Assembly: GCA_000091205.1 (NCBI GenBank)
Contig: AP006496.2
DNA from: Cyanidioschyzon merolae
Lineage: Eukaryota
Direction: 5' to 3' (one strand)
Length of the DNA: 64,000 nucleotides
Part shown: positions 62,911-64,000 of the stretch, one piece after another
Layout: each line of letters opens with the position of its first letter
Position numbering within the stretch: position 1 is the first letter of the stretch
Notes under the pieces: generated by a model
The model's input: the letters and a program-made list of their open reading frames with translations, nothing else
Database searches by the model: none
What the model was told of the DNA's origin: nothing
Translations under genes and position numbers: made by a program

Positions 62911-64000
62911 ATGCATACCCGGGTGCCGCGCAACGAAAACTTTTCGAAGCTCCAGGGTGGGTACCTGTTTCCACAAATAGCTCAAAGACGACGAGAGTAC
63001 CTGGAGAAGCACCCAGATGCAGCGCTTATCTCGTTAGGTATTGGCGATACGACGCAGCCTATACCTCCGCATATCTGCGCGGGATTGACGCAAGGCGCTA
63101 AGAAACTTGCCACGAAAGAAGGCTATAGCGGTTACGGCGATGGCGAGGGTCTGTATGCGCTCCGAAAAAGCATCGCTTCACGTCTCTATGGCGATCGCAT
63201 CAGGCCGGAGGAGGTGTTTGTTTCCGACGGTGCCAAGTGCGACATCGCCCGTCTCCAGATGGTCTTCGGTAGCGAGGTCACTGTGGCGGTGCAGGACCCC
63301 AGTTATCCTGTGTACGTGGACACTGCGGTTATGACGGGCCAGACTGGTCGTATCAATGCCGATACCCGCCAGTATGCCGGCATCGTGTACATGCGCTGCG
63401 ACGCTGCCAATGACTTTTTCCCGGACTTGTCTAAGACACCGCGCACGGATCTCATTTTCTTTTGTTCGCCGAACAATCCAACTGGAGCTGCCGCAACGAG
63501 AGAGCAACTGGCAGAGTTGGTGGCCTTCGCGCGACACAACGGCAGCATCATTGTGTACGATGCAGCATATGCGCCGTTTATTCGTGATCCCGCCGTCCCG
63601 CGCTCTATTCTGGAAATCGATGGAGCACTTGAATGCGCTATTGAAGTGAACTCATTCAGCAAGTACGCGGGTTTCACGGGTGTACGCCTCGGCTGGACAG
63701 TTGTGCCTTCAGCGCTTCGTTTTGCTGACGGAACACCAGTCGCGAAGGACTTTGGGCGAGTCATGAACACGGCTTTTAACGGTGCGAGTAATATCGCACA
63801 GCAAGGAGGCATGGCGTGCCTAGATGATGAAGGTCTCGCGGAGATCGAGCAACTCATATCCTACTACCTGGAGAACACCCGCATCCTGCGAGAGGGTATG
63901 GAATCGCTTGGGTTCTCGGTCTACGGCGGCCGCAATGCACCCTATATTTGGGTCCGCTTTCCCGGTCGCTCGAGCTGGGACGTGTTCACCGAGTTTTTGG
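62911..64000 (+). CDS. dapL: LL-diaminopimelate aminotransferase (DapL/AGD2-type, PLP-dependent), 3-prime-truncated by the window edge
   Basis: [52 protein letters not shown]...[20 protein letters not shown]...[45 protein letters not shown]... matches plant and Chlamydia LL-DAP-AT nearly block for block ([20 protein letters not shown]...[13 protein letters not shown]...EGYSGYG...[15 protein letters not shown]...[15 protein letters not shown]). The PLP-lysine region [15 protein letters not shown] is present. Absent from the ORF track because it runs off the end of the window. Confidence 0.8.
   Translation, partial: MHTRVPRNENFSKLQGGYLFPQIAQRRREYLEKHPDAALISLGIGDTTQPIPPHICAGLTQGAKKLATKEGYSGYGDGEGLYALRKSIASRLYGDRIRPEEVFVSDGAKCDIARLQMVFGSEVTVAVQDPSYPVYVDTAVMTGQTGRINADTRQYAGIVYMRCDAANDFFPDLSKTPRTDLIFFCSPNNPTGAAATREQLAELVAFARHNGSIIVYDAAYAPFIRDPAVPRSILEIDGALECAIEVNSFSKYAGFTGVRLGWTVVPSALRFADGTPVAKDFGRVMNTAFNGASNIAQQGGMACLDDEGLAEIEQLISYYLENTRILREGMESLGFSVYGGRNAPYIWVRFPGRSSWDVFTEFL

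Noticed and set aside
1-64000. Prokaryotic or phage origin of the window (because of TnpB-like content, CorA, dapL).
   Set aside because: gamma-tubulin, FANCD2, OSBP, eL43, NDUFS6, TRAPPC6, SET2-type methyltransferase and OGFOD1 are eukaryote-specific nuclear genes. The TnpB-like genes are therefore eukaryotic Fanzor-type elements.

Overview
The window is GC-rich, intron-poor nuclear DNA from a microbial eukaryote. Gene content is unambiguously eukaryotic: gamma-tubulin, FANCD2, an OSBP-family protein, NDUFS6, ribosomal protein eL43/L37a, a TRAPP Bet3-family subunit, an OGFOD1/Tpa1-type hydroxylase and a SET2/NSD-type methyltransferase. An RWP-RK transcription factor, a plant-type LL-diaminopimelate aminotransferase and a BT1 folate-biopterin transporter suggest algal or stramenopile affinity. 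I cannot name the species. About 20 protein-coding genes are mostly single continuous exons separated by intergenic spacers of 0.3 to 3 kb. All comparisons were made by eye, without search tools.

The most interesting content sits between the genes: two families of eukaryotic TnpB-like (Fanzor-type, IS605 OrfB-like) elements.

- Family 1 (Fanzor1-like, large): a nearly complete but twice-frameshifted ORF of about 720 aa inside a conspicuous AT-rich island at roughly 36230-38750, ending about 95 bp upstream of the L37a gene. Its C-terminal portion is about 520 aa. It carries a RuvC-I-like ADPG segment, an RTS zinc-ribbon segment and a Ruv[14 protein letters not shown] motif. A homologous 3-prime fragment lies at roughly 54535-54990. 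The two share the C-terminal coding region and about 130 bp of non-coding 3-prime tail, which is where an omega-RNA and right end would be.
- Family 2 (compact, TnpB or Fanzor2-sized): five full-length but heavily decayed copies of about 1.2 kb, 60-75% identical by eye. They lie at 18935-20185 (-), 33935-35130 (+), 40670-41950 (-), 50878-52150 (+) and 58390-59580 (+). They share 5-prime and 3-prime termini, RuvC-II-like IELVILG, a TSxxCxxCG zinc finger and RuvC-III remnants (NRDFHAIISI, NRVFNAVIDI, NRRYRECNATINI). All lie in intergenic or promoter regions.

Other features worth noting: a secreted Hint/Hog-domain autoprocessing protein, a Tudor-like-AWS-SET-postSET-CCHC methyltransferase, a SAP-polyQ/E-Sm protein, a 129-bp x5 and a 123-bp x3.4 tandem repeat, and a palindrome upstream of FANCD2. 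The M at the start of ORFs in the supplied track is in several cases GTG or TTG, so start coordinates were re-derived from in-frame ATGs where stated.
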